DNA of 51,880 nucleotides from Chitinophagales bacterium. GTDB lineage: Bacteria; Bacteroidota; Bacteroidia; Chitinophagales; Chitinophagaceae. The notes under the pieces are model-generated. The model was not told the DNA's origin, ran no database searches, and saw only the letters and a list, made by a program, of their open reading frames with translations. The DNA is taken from positions 1 through 51,880 of the forward strand of contig JBIOGV010000001.1 of the NCBI GenBank assembly GCA_044448365.1, given 5' to 3'. Below are positions 17,776 to 27,670 of the stretch, one piece after another. The first letter of the stretch is position 1. Every line of letters starts with the position of its first letter. A program made the position numbers and the translations under genes.

Positions 17776-18345
17776 TTATTTTTTCATCGGAGGCGGCGGT
17801 GGTGGCGCCGTCAGTTTTTGCTCAAATTCACTCCAGGACCTGACCTTATTATTTTTGATCTGAAAGTAAGCATGCCCACGGACTGAATCTACTTTGCCTT
17901 TCATGTCAGTTTCATATTCACGGTACCAAACCAGAACAAAATCCTCTTTTGCATCATTGGCATGCACGGGCATCCATCCGTCAAACGTTAACTTCACAGA
18001 TGCTAATGTTTTCCTGAACTGCTTGGCAAAGTTTATCATGCTGTCTGCGGTGTTGTCTCTGAATTTATTGCCGTCAGGAAAATCAATGCTTACTGAATCG
18101 GCCAACAGGGATTTAAAATCATCCACCTTACCATCTTCCCACATTTTGTATAGATCCAGCACCATTTTGGCGTGGTTGGCTTCACCCATGCTGAAATCAG
18201 AAGAATAGGCAGCCTTGTATGGATAGGTTATCGACGCAGATTCTTTTTTCTCTTCCGTTTTGCCGGAGGTTTCATCGGTCTTTTTGTCGTTATTGCAGGC
18301 AAACAAGACTGAAGCTGCAAACAATGCAATTGATAATCGTTTCAT
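17776..18345 (-). CDS. NTF2/SnoaL-like lipoprotein with C-terminal poly-Pro tail
   Basis: Lipobox LFAC. The size and pattern fit a SnoaL-like fold (weak call). The protein ends PPPPPPMKK. Confidence 0.55.
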   Translation of the reverse strand: MKRLSIALFAASVLFACNNDKKTDETSGKTEEKKESASITYPYKAAYSSDFSMGEANHAKMVLDLYKMWEDGKVDDFKSLLADSVSIDFPDGNKFRDNTADSMINFAKQFRKTLASVKLTFDGWMPVHANDAKEDFVLVWYREYETDMKGKVDSVRGHAYFQIKNNKVRSWSEFEQKLTAPPPPPPMKK

Positions 18346-18571
18346 GTTTAAAAAATGTTTTAGTTAAGAAATATGTGTGATCGAAAATAGAATCTGGATT
18401 AAAAGAAATGTTTTCAATTAGAAATTTCAGGGTAGTAAGAGCGACTAAAGTAAGAAAGATTATCCATTCCCCGTTGTGATTAGTGTTCTATAAAATAAAA
18501 ATGATCGAATGCTGTCAGGACACTGTATCGTCTGTGGCTACGGATCAATCCCCATATTATTTTTGACAGTA

Positions 18572-18763
18572 ATCCTGCTATTAATTTCTCCAAAACACTG
18601 ATAAATACTCGATCAGTACATTCTGTATCGGAAAATGATTTAATGATGAACAACAGAGTGATTTTATCACGCGGGAGAGATGCATGAATAAAGCGAGGAG
18701 CCTCTCTTAGTTTTCTTGATATCACTTTTAACGCAGTTAGGAGGAGACCCGTCGTGGAAGAAA
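18572..18763 (+). repeat. L-core-B repeat (core at 18621-18631)
   Basis: Aligns with 17583-17772. Its 3' end is flush with the stop codon of the convergent kinase gene (18764-18766). Confidence 0.85.
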
Positions 18764-21700
18764 TTATACTGATACCGGCAAATGAACCACAAACTCAGTA
18801 AATTCTTCTTCCCGGGTGTTTACCTTTATTTCTCCGCCATGTGCTTTTACAATATCATAGCTCAGGCTCAAACCCAATCCTGTTCCTTGTCCTGTTGGTT
18901 TGGTAGTGAAAAAGGGTTGGAAGATTTTATCCAATACTTTTTGAGGAATGCCGGGTCCATTATCTCTGACACTTATTAAAACTTTATCAGCAACTTTCTT
19001 TGTGCTTACCAAAACTGTAGGTTCATATCCTGAAATATTTTGTTTATGCTTTTCGTTCACGGCATAAAATGCATTGTTGAATAAATTTATAAAGACACGG
19101 ACGATTTCCTGTTGCATAAGCGGGAACTTATTAATGCTTTCATCAAAATCCGTTTTAAGATTAGCCTGGAAAGATTTGTCTTTTGCACGAAGACCGTGGT
19201 AACTTAATCTTAAGCATTCGTCTGCAATTGCATTGATATTCACAAGTTCTTTCTGACCGGTGCCTGACCGTGAATGTTGCAGCATTCCTTTTACAATCGC
19301 ATCGGCACGTTTGCCGTGATGATTTATTTTTTCTTCATTATCTATTACGTCATTTACAATAGCATCCACTACATTCATGTTTCCCTTCTTAATTTCATCT
19401 TTCATTTCAACCAATAATTCTTTATTCACTTCTGAAAAATTATTGACAAAGTTTAACGGGTTTTGTATCTCATGCGCAATGCCTGCAGTGAGTTCTCCGA
19501 GAGATGCCATTTTTTCGGATTGAATAAGTTGGGATTGTGTGGACTTTAAATCTTCAAAAGATTGTTTCAACTCAGCCGTTCTTTCGTCAACAATTTTTCC
19601 CAGTTTTTCTTTTTCATTTCTTAGATTTTTTTCCCTCCATTTACTGAAAACCCGCAATGCAAATAAAAAAAGCAAGACATAAACCAGGTAGGCCCACCAT
19701 GTGCGATACCAGGGTGGCAAGACAACAAAACTATATTTAATGGGATCGCTCCAAACGCCCGATGGGCTTAGCGCTCTTACATCAAACTGATATGTGCCTT
19801 CATAAATATTTCCAAACGCAGCAGAGGTAATGTTGGCCGGGGTACTCCAATTTTTGTCGTAACCTTCCATTTTGTATTGGTATTGTACGAGCGAAGGCTT
19901 TGCAGGTTCAATGGCTGCAAATTCAATGGTTATATTATTGTGGCTGTAGGGTAATATCAAATTTTGAGGAACCGGGTAAAACCTGCTTATTGCGTCAAAT
20001 TCAATTCCCTTATACTTTGCCCGCATATCTTCGCGTTGTGCAACATTTAAGGGTTTGCCAAAAGTAGTTACCTCTTCTGTTACAGAAGCCGGTGTGACAG
20101 CGCTGTCAGATTTCAATTTTGATTTATAAGTATTGTTTTTAGTGTTCACTAAATCATTCCAGCAAATCGCCTCATTATCTACCTTTATGGCTAATATATT
20201 TAATTCGGGAGGAGTATTATTTTTATTTAACGATGTATAATCAAACCGCATCAAACCACTTTTTTCAGAGCCAGTTGCAATCCATAACATTCCTTTACTG
20301 TCTAAAAATATAGCATGTTGCCCCCTGTTTACATCCTTAACCGGGTAACCGGTTTTTGAATTATATTTTTCAAAAACAGGAGTATAATTTTGCAAATCCG
20401 CGTTACTTAAACTATTCTGTGGCGGATAGTTATTCTCATCAGCTTTATTGTTTGAATTATTTGTTGAGGTGGTTGTAACAGGCTTATACCCGGTGAGTAT
20501 GGCCACGCCGTTATTAGTTCCAATCACAATATTTCCTTCATGTGTTAATGCAACCTGGGTAACTACATTGTCAGGAAGCCCCTGCCCGGTTGTATAGGTC
20601 AAAACCGATTTGCCGTCATACCTGTTTAACCCGCCACCCTGGGTGCCCATCCAAATATTTCCATCATTATCCTTTATGAGCGACCTGATATAATTACCTC
20701 CTTCCGCATGGGATAAACGATAGTTGGTAAAAGACTTTCCATCAAAATGGCTAAGCCCGCGGTCAGTACCTATCCAAAAATCACCAGGTTTGTCTTCTGC
20801 AATTGCCGAAATGTAGTCACCTGCCAATCCCTGCTTTATAGTGTAGGTGGTAAAAGTTTTTCCATCGAATTTACTCAGCCCGTTCCGTGTTCCAATCCAA
20901 AGATTACCTTCACTGTCCTGCAAAATATTCTTTACTGAGTTATCGGGCAACCCATTCAAATCGGTATAAAAAGTAAAATATTTTCCGTCAAATTTTATCA
21001 ATCCATCATACTCGCAGCCCATCCAGATATTACCGGTTTTGTCCTGAAACAGCGACCAGAATGAAATGTTAAGTTTATAGTTGGTGAAGTATTCGCCATC
21101 AAATCTGGTCATTAATCCCCCGTACCCGGCGAACCAAAGATCTCCCTTTTTATCTTCAAAAATGCTCCTGATACGATTGTAGGTTAGTCTTTGAAATGAT
21201 GGCCCGGAATAGCTGAATATTCCGTTTGCTGCTGAGCTAAACCATAAATTTCCATCTTTATCTTCACAAATGCTGTGTATCTCGCCCATTATAACTCCAT
21301 TCGAATTATTTATATGGGAAAATGTCTTTCCATTATAATAAAGTATTTCCCCCCTTCCTGAGCTTAAACAAATGTTGCCAAAATGATCTTCATATACAAA
21401 AGGAACAATTTGCTCATCAGCAGGGTAGGTGATGATATCGGCACCATTATATTTAATGTAACCCATTTTGGTACCGGCCCAGGTATTTCCACTGTTATCT
21501 GTACAAATCGTATGAACCTCCTGATTGCTTAAAGCAATGTTAGTAAACGCTTTTCCGTCGTATTTACAAAGACCATTTTCTGTGCCGATCCATATTATCC
21601 CTTTTTTATCTTCCTTTATTTCGTATACATTATTTCCCGGAAGCCCATCTGATTTTGAATAGGTACTGATTGAGTCGCCTGCATATTTATAAAGACCATA

Positions 21701-22333
21701 ACCTTCTGTGCCAAACCAAAAGTTTCCGGCCTTATCTTCCAAGATGCTGTTTATCTTTTTTATAATTCGAAACCTTGAGACAGTAGCGCCGTCAAATATA
21801 TTTGCCCCGTTATCTGTACCAAACCATAAATTTCCTTTATTGTCTTCCGTAATGCTGTTGATACCATTACTGCTTAAGCCCTGCGAGGTTGTATAGTTAG
21901 TAAAGAATTGTCCATCGTACTTACTTACCCCGCCCGTGTAAGTACCAAACCACAGGTTGCCTTTTTTATCAGCATAGGAACATGAAATTGCGTCTAAGAC
22001 AAGACCCTGTTCAGTTGTGTAATTTTGCATGATCGATGAAAATTCGGCCTTCACTTTTTCAATAGGGCTAAAATGGATCGTTTCGGATCGCGATTGGTAA
22101 GGAATTGTATAGTCAACAGGCTTGTGCGGGATTGAAATTCTTTCCGGCACCGGTGTATTCTCAACAAGAATCGTTTTTGGTTGCAGACTATCGGGTAAGT
22201 TAGCCAGTAGTGTTACTTGAGGACTTACAGAACTATATTGTTTGGATTCGTTGACAACAGTTTTATTTTCCTTTTTATCGTTACAGGAAAAGAGGATTAG
22301 TACAGCAAGGAAAAGGATTTTAGAATTTGGCAT
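18764..22333 (-). CDS. Sensor histidine kinase with Reg_prop beta-propeller repeats, Y_Y_Y, TM, HisKA-like and HATPase_c domains (no receiver)
   Basis: Lipoprotein-like signal (LFSC). Many GNLWFGT...YDG repeats, YQYKMEGYDKNWS, the H-box GIAHEIQNPLNFV and GTGLGLSLSYDIV. Confidence 0.85.
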   Translation of the reverse strand: MPNSKILFLAVLILFSCNDKKENKTVVNESKQYSSVSPQVTLLANLPDSLQPKTILVENTPVPERISIPHKPVDYTIPYQSRSETIHFSPIEKVKAEFSSIMQNYTTEQGLVLDAISCSYADKKGNLWFGTYTGGVSKYDGQFFTNYTTSQGLSSNGINSITEDNKGNLWFGTDNGANIFDGATVSRFRIIKKINSILEDKAGNFWFGTEGYGLYKYAGDSISTYSKSDGLPGNNVYEIKEDKKGIIWIGTENGLCKYDGKAFTNIALSNQEVHTICTDNSGNTWAGTKMGYIKYNGADIITYPADEQIVPFVYEDHFGNICLSSGRGEILYYNGKTFSHINNSNGVIMGEIHSICEDKDGNLWFSSAANGIFSYSGPSFQRLTYNRIRSIFEDKKGDLWFAGYGGLMTRFDGEYFTNYKLNISFWSLFQDKTGNIWMGCEYDGLIKFDGKYFTFYTDLNGLPDNSVKNILQDSEGNLWIGTRNGLSKFDGKTFTTYTIKQGLAGDYISAIAEDKPGDFWIGTDRGLSHFDGKSFTNYRLSHAEGGNYIRSLIKDNDGNIWMGTQGGGLNRYDGKSVLTYTTGQGLPDNVVTQVALTHEGNIVIGTNNGVAILTGYKPVTTTSTNNSNNKADENNYPPQNSLSNADLQNYTPVFEKYNSKTGYPVKDVNRGQHAIFLDSKGMLWIATGSEKSGLMRFDYTSLNKNNTPPELNILAIKVDNEAICWNDLVNTKNNTYKSKLKSDSAVTPASVTEEVTTFGKPLNVAQREDMRAKYKGIEFDAISRFYPVPQNLILPYSHNNITIEFAAIEPAKPSLVQYQYKMEGYDKNWSTPANITSAAFGNIYEGTYQFDVRALSPSGVWSDPIKYSFVVLPPWYRTWWAYLVYVLLFLFALRVFSKWREKNLRNEKEKLGKIVDERTAELKQSFEDLKSTQSQLIQSEKMASLGELTAGIAHEIQNPLNFVNNFSEVNKELLVEMKDEIKKGNMNVVDAIVNDVIDNEEKINHHGKRADAIVKGMLQHSRSGTGQKELVNINAIADECLRLSYHGLRAKDKSFQANLKTDFDESINKFPLMQQEIVRVFINLFNNAFYAVNEKHKQNISGYEPTVLVSTKKVADKVLISVRDNGPGIPQKVLDKIFQPFFTTKPTGQGTGLGLSLSYDIVKAHGGEIKVNTREEEFTEFVVHLPVSV

Positions 22334-22441
22334 GGGAAAACAATATAAGGTGTCTTAGCCCCTTAATATCTGGTCTAAGTTTGAAATTTAATTTAGGCAC
22401 TTTAATTTAGGATTATGTCAAGGCAAAGACGCAAGTTTTCT

Positions 22442-23698
22442 TCAAAATACTTCTCCAAGGTTACCAACAAACCCCCTCGAACCTTTTGTGCCAATGCCGT
22501 AATCGAGACATGCATTTGTTCCGGAAAATTTATTGAATTTAATTCGAAGCCCTATACCAACAGCCGGTGAGATCACCTCCAGTTTATTACTCCCCAATTC
22601 TGAAAGTGATTCTGCATTCCCGAATATTACTCCTCCTACAAGTCCATTCCTGGAAATCTTAAACCGGAGTTCTGCTTCGAGGTCAACCATTTTTTTCCCG
22701 ATGAACCTGCTTTGTTCATATCCTCTGCCTGTGTTATTATAAGTATCGGAACCGGTACCCGGAAGATCCAGATACGGCGGGTTTCCGCCCAGGATAAATT
22801 CGTTATAGGACCATAATGCCAACACGGTATGAAATGGCATTTTAAAATATTTTCGCAAGTCAATTATAACTGAATTCCAGTTTGCGTCAGATCCAAACAC
22901 GGTGGCTTTCTGACTGAATTCTAAATTGACATAAACACTCCTTCCTTCGGGATTAATAGAATTTTCTCTTGAATCATAAACCAGGTTCAATTCAAATCCT
23001 GACGATATAGAAGTTTTGCTGAATCCATATTTTTCAAAATCTGTAACCCGCCCGGGCTGAACATCTAATTCTTTGATGCCCCAATGATAATCCAGTTGAT
23101 AGCCGAAACCAAGGTATAAGTTCTTCCTGATGCTCTTTAATACAAGTTCATATAGCCGCAGATACTGATAATTCAAAATGTATTTATCATTCAAAGTGGT
23201 AAATCCGCCAAACCCATAGATATCCTGCGGGTAATTAAGATAACGCCAATCTCCTACAAGGTTAAATTTATTTCCGGGGGTCCAGATGGCAGATTGCAGG
23301 GGAAACAGGAATTGTTTTTTTTGAGTATACTTTATCGCCCCCACGATAGTGGAAGTATTGGTTTTTTCCTTTGCACTGGTCAGAAAAGCCACATTGCCGC
23401 CAATACCGGGAGAAAATCCGGTTGCTATTGTAAATTCAACTATTGGAGCCACCGAAAAACGCCAGTGAGTGTTTATATTTCCGGTACTATCCAGTCTTAC
23501 ATCCGGATTTTTATGAAATGCCTGGTAAAATAAGTCAATCAGATCTTTCTGATACTTGAAGCTTTGATCCTCCTTTGGGATTAAAGTATCTATCCCATTT
23601 CCCAGAAGTATGGAACTAACTTGTCCATTCAGGTTAAAATAACAGGCCATCATTATACTTATCCATAAACCATAGCTTCTAAATGGTTTCCCTTTCAT
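22442..23698 (-). CDS. Omp85/BamA-TamA-like outer membrane beta-barrel protein
   Basis: The internal ATG at 23698 gives a signal peptide. It has alternating beta-strand character and a C-terminal ...GNLGEVF with terminal Phe. Confidence 0.6.
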   Translation of the reverse strand: MKGKPFRSYGLWISIMMACYFNLNGQVSSILLGNGIDTLIPKEDQSFKYQKDLIDLFYQAFHKNPDVRLDSTGNINTHWRFSVAPIVEFTIATGFSPGIGGNVAFLTSAKEKTNTSTIVGAIKYTQKKQFLFPLQSAIWTPGNKFNLVGDWRYLNYPQDIYGFGGFTTLNDKYILNYQYLRLYELVLKSIRKNLYLGFGYQLDYHWGIKELDVQPGRVTDFEKYGFSKTSISSGFELNLVYDSRENSINPEGRSVYVNLEFSQKATVFGSDANWNSVIIDLRKYFKMPFHTVLALWSYNEFILGGNPPYLDLPGTGSDTYNNTGRGYEQSRFIGKKMVDLEAELRFKISRNGLVGGVIFGNAESLSELGSNKLEVISPAVGIGLRIKFNKFSGTNACLDYGIGTKGSRGFVGNLGEVF

Positions 23699-24007
23699 AT
23701 TTAAGAATTCATTGAGCAATCCAAACGCAATTTTAATTATTCCGGGTGTTAATTTAATACTCTCACGCCGTATCCATATTCTAAAACTAAGTGGTGAGGT
23801 GTTCATCTGAAAGCAATCTTCTGTAAAATCAAATACTGCTCCATTAGAATATCTTTAATTATAAACAGATTTGTAAAATCTGTTAAGATTTTATGACTGC
23901 AAGATATTTACCCGGCTAACAAATTAAATCACAAATTTTTTTTGTCTTTTGATATTAACGCTATCAATCACCCCTCATTCTTCGAATGTAGTCTTATCGT
24001 ACATTAG

Positions 24008-24194
24008 TTGGCCATTAATTTCTCTAAAATCCTGATAAATACCAGGGAAATACTTTTTGTACCGGGAAGTGAATTAATAATGAACAACAGAGTGATTGTA
24101 TCATATGGAGCTGTTTGAATAAAGCGATGAGCTTCTTTAGTTTTTCTAAGAAGACTTCTCATTCCGTTGGAGGAGACTCGTTGGAGAAGAAATA
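24008..24194 (+). repeat. L-core-B repeat, more diverged (core reads TTT TGT ACC GGG AAG TGA at 24055-24072)
   Basis: Aligns with 17583-17772 and 18572-18763. Confidence 0.8.
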
Positions 24195-24342
24195 GTAAAT
24201 AAAAGTTTGCGCCAGTCCCCAAAGCAAAAACAACGTAATCACACAACCTTTCTGATCCAAAAACATTATATACTTTTGTTCAGGTCCACTTAACTGGTGA
24301 CCTTTTATTCCTTTTTTTCCTCTTCACATAAATGTTAATTGC

Positions 24343-26412
24343 ATGAAACCTGGTATTGTCGTTTTACTTATTGTCATTTGTGGGTTTACTGTCGATGCAC
24401 AACAAAAATTTACCCCGCCCGCAACAAAATCCATCCCTGTTGTGGATACTTTACACGGAGTTTTAATTACCGATGATTACCGGTGGCTGGAAGATAAGAC
24501 TGACCCGAATGTGGTTGAATGGACAAAAACCCAGCACGATTATGGAATTGAATATCTGAATGCAACACAAAAAACCCATCCGGGTTTGCGGGAAGATATT
24601 GCGGCTTTTATTGACCTTGATTATGAAGGCCCGCTGCAGAAGGAAGGTAAAAGGGTATTTCAGACCATTAAGAAAAAAGGTGATAAACAAAATAAATTAT
24701 ACACGATTATTAATAGTAAAAAAATATTGATCTGGGATCCAGTGCAACTGGATACTTCAGGCAGCACTTCCACCAACAGTGTTGCTTACACTTATGATGG
24801 TGAACGTGCAGCAGTCAGTGTTCAAAAAAGCGGGGCTGAAATTTCCACCACTTATATTATTGATACAAGGACAGGAAAAATTCTTTACCCGCCTTTGAAA
24901 AACACTTTTGACTATCAATGGACAAAAGATCAGCAACATGCTTATTTTACTTTGCGCAGCCAGGATGATGTAAACAAACAATTGCCACTGAAAACGTACT
25001 GGTGGAGAATAGGTGACCCTGCTGATAAGGCGGTATTCACAGGCACAACAACAGATGCTAAAAACAGCTATTATATTTATGATAACCGTTACAGCGACGT
25101 AAGTTTTTCGGGTGAATCCGACTTTTATTCCAATAACTGTTACATGCGCAAAACAGGCACTCAGGATAAAGGTGAATTGATTTATGAAAGTAAAAAATCA
25201 AATGCTTATCCCGAAGCTATTGGTGACAAATTGTACATTTTTACGAATGATAATGCGCCTAATTACAAATTGATGGTGGCTGATGAAAATAATGCAGAGT
25301 ACAAAAACTGGAAAGTATTAATACCCGAGAGTGAAACAGTGATGCAGAGTGATGTGATAACCAAAAACAATATCATCATCCAGGATAAAAAAGATATTCA
25401 AAGCAGGTTGACATTATATGGCCTGGATGGAAAAAGAATAAATCAGATTGAATTACCCGAAACAGGAAATGTTTCAGGTATCAGGTACGACAGGGAGGAA
25501 GATTCTGTTTATATCACACTTAACACTTTCACTTCAACATCAAAAACGTTTGTGGCCTCTCCTTCCAATTTTAAATGGCGTTTGTATTATCAGCGCAATT
25601 TGCCTGTTGATATGAGCAATATTGCCGGGGAAATTAAATTTTATATATCCAAAGACAGCACAAGGGTCCCGGTATTTGTTGTTCATCGCAAAGACATGAA
25701 ACTTGATGATAATAACCCTGTTTTATTAACTGCTTACGGAGGTTTTAATATTGGTATCGAGCCGGATTATTTCGGGTTTTATGCACCTTTGATCAACCGG
25801 GGAGTAATTGTGGTGGAAGCAGGAATTCGCGGGGGAGATGAGTATGGGGAAAAATGGCACCAGGGCGGAATGTTAGCGAACAAACAAAATTGTTTTGATG
25901 ATTTCAATAGTTGCACTGAATGGCTTATCAGAGAAAAATATACCAACCCATCAAAGATAGTAGCTCTCGGGGGCAGCAATGGTGGGTTGTTGATGGGAGC
26001 CATTGCTACTCAAAGACCCGATTTATATAAAGCAATCGTTTGTGAAGTTCCTTTGCTCGATATGTTGCGGTATCAGAAATTTTTAATCGCACGTTACTGG
26101 ATCCCTGAATATGGTTCGTCGGAAAATGATGCAGATTTCCGGTGGTTGCTTCGTTATTCTCCGTATCAAAATATCAGGAAGGGAATAAACATGCCCACCA
26201 TGCTGGTAACTGCAGGGGCAAACGACAGTCGTGTTGACCCGATGAATGCAAAAAAATTTGTTGCAGCCGCACAGAATAATGAAGGACAAATAAATCCTGT
26301 TATTCTGCACATAGATTACAATAGCGGGCATGGAAGCGGACAAAGCACAAAGCAAATTATTGACAACTGGAATTTCATTTTTGAATTTATCACCAATCAA
26401 TTAGGAATATAA
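24343..26412 (+). CDS. Prolyl oligopeptidase (S9A family serine peptidase)
   Basis: N-terminal DDYRWLED motif, catalytic GGSNGGLL, C-terminal D and H region, and a signal peptide. Confidence 0.9.
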   Translation: MKPGIVVLLIVICGFTVDAQQKFTPPATKSIPVVDTLHGVLITDDYRWLEDKTDPNVVEWTKTQHDYGIEYLNATQKTHPGLREDIAAFIDLDYEGPLQKEGKRVFQTIKKKGDKQNKLYTIINSKKILIWDPVQLDTSGSTSTNSVAYTYDGERAAVSVQKSGAEISTTYIIDTRTGKILYPPLKNTFDYQWTKDQQHAYFTLRSQDDVNKQLPLKTYWWRIGDPADKAVFTGTTTDAKNSYYIYDNRYSDVSFSGESDFYSNNCYMRKTGTQDKGELIYESKKSNAYPEAIGDKLYIFTNDNAPNYKLMVADENNAEYKNWKVLIPESETVMQSDVITKNNIIIQDKKDIQSRLTLYGLDGKRINQIELPETGNVSGIRYDREEDSVYITLNTFTSTSKTFVASPSNFKWRLYYQRNLPVDMSNIAGEIKFYISKDSTRVPVFVVHRKDMKLDDNNPVLLTAYGGFNIGIEPDYFGFYAPLINRGVIVVEAGIRGGDEYGEKWHQGGMLANKQNCFDDFNSCTEWLIREKYTNPSKIVALGGSNGGLLMGAIATQRPDLYKAIVCEVPLLDMLRYQKFLIARYWIPEYGSSENDADFRWLLRYSPYQNIRKGINMPTMLVTAGANDSRVDPMNAKKFVAAAQNNEGQINPVILHIDYNSGHGSGQSTKQIIDNWNFIFEFITNQLGI

Positions 26413-26590
26413 CTGATCGCTAACACGCATTTTGTGTCGCAATATGCCAGTAGGATTTTAATGGTGCTTTCAAATTAATCTATGAATTGGTCAGCAGGAA
26501 CCTGTTTATGAGTTTGTGAATGGGATGTCTTCAAATTTTTCAATTGTTGACACAAGACGCATGGCCCGTCTATTTTTTATTGGATTTATA

Positions 26591-26782
26591 TTACTGGTAA
26601 ATTTTGACAGGAATAAAGTCATCTGGTTTTTTCACAATCTTGTTACTGAAAATCTCTGTATTAGCTTTTAGCTGCTGATGATTCCTTTTGTTCTCCCGGG
26701 TTTTGTCACCAGGATATAACCAGGATCCATGAAACTCTTCGTTTTTTAATTCCTGTAAAAATCCATTAACTTCATAGTGCAT
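26591..26782 (-). CDS. Hypothetical small protein
   Basis: An isolated 63-codon ORF divergent from 26832. No family recognised. Confidence 0.25.
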   Translation of the reverse strand: MHYEVNGFLQELKNEEFHGSWLYPGDKTRENKRNHQQLKANTEIFSNKIVKKPDDFIPVKIYQ

Positions 26783-26831
26783 TCTAAAACACTTCTTTAT
26801 TTTTTATTTCTTCACTTCTAAATTCAACGAT

Positions 26832-27212
26832 ATGAGAAAGAGTTTTATCAAACAAATTTCAGGCATTGCAGTTCTTGGAATTTTCTTATTGTCATTGGGA
26901 TCATTCATCAATAAAAATGACGGTACTAAAACCGTAACCGGGGAAATCCTGGATATGAAATGTTATATGGCTTCGGGCGCTCATGGTGCAGATCATAAAG
27001 AATGCGCTGCTACATGCATCAATGGCGGTTCTCCGATGGGCATCCTTTGTGATGATGGTAAAGTTTACCTGTTGATCAAAGACGATAAAAAAGAGGATGC
27101 TTATAATGATGCCAAAAAGTATGCAGGCGAAAACGTTATATTGACCGGCACTGAATCAGTAAAAGGCGGCGTACAGGCATTGATTGTAGCCGAAGTTAAA
27201 ATGAAAAAATAA
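26832..27212 (+). CDS. Hypothetical exported Cys-containing protein
   Basis: ATG start, signal/TM segment, 126 aa. No family recognised. Confidence 0.5.
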   Translation: MRKSFIKQISGIAVLGIFLLSLGSFINKNDGTKTVTGEILDMKCYMASGAHGADHKECAATCINGGSPMGILCDDGKVYLLIKDDKKEDAYNDAKKYAGENVILTGTESVKGGVQALIVAEVKMKK

Positions 27213-27312
27213 ATGCCTTCTTCGCGACGAATCTCCTTCGAATTTTTAGAAATTCTTTTTTAAGAAATTAAGAGGTAGCCGGGACCGGGAAAAATTAATA
27301 AGATCAACAATC

Positions 27313-27420
27313 TTATTATTAATTTCTCTGGAATACTTATAAATGCCCGATGAGAGATTCTGTATCGCCGCTCCCAAAATGTGAGCTAAAAAAATAATTA
27401 CGAGACGACGTCACCTGGAA
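27313..27420 (+). repeat. L-core-A' repeat (core at 27358-27367, reads TTC TGT ATC GCC GCT CCC AAA ATG TGA)
   Basis: Aligns with 4698-4770 and 11042-11115. The 3' part is diverged. Confidence 0.7.
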
Positions 27421-27670
27421 ATATTTTTTTTGCCGATGTACTATGCATTAAATAAAATGATTTTTAAAATTTAATTAAAGGATCAACAGGTTGTGGAGTG
27501 GATATTGGAAATAATATGCCGGGATAAACCGTAATCAGTAGCTTGTCAAAAGCAGTTGTTGCAAAAAATAACAGGTAGCTGTTTTTCATGCCAGCCCCGA
27601 ACACCTAATTTGTTTACTCAAAACCAGCTTAGTAAGTTTACAGAGAGCAATAACATATTAAAATCATGCC

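Noticed and set aside
23867-23887. The 9-bp stem hairpin AACAGATTT-GTA-AAATCTGTT upstream of the Omp85-like gene as a possible terminator.
   Set aside because: There is no adjacent U-tract, and no gene ends nearby on the appropriate strand. Its function is unclear.
17536-24246. The minus-strand ORFs 17536-17733, 18480-18725 and 24004-24246 encode similar peptides (RFIHxSLPxDKITL..IIKSFSDTE...).
   Set aside because: They are translations of the L-core-B repeat itself. Their starts, lengths and ends differ between copies, and the plus-strand frame across the core shows the more coherent codon pattern. I treat them as repeat artefacts rather than a gene family.
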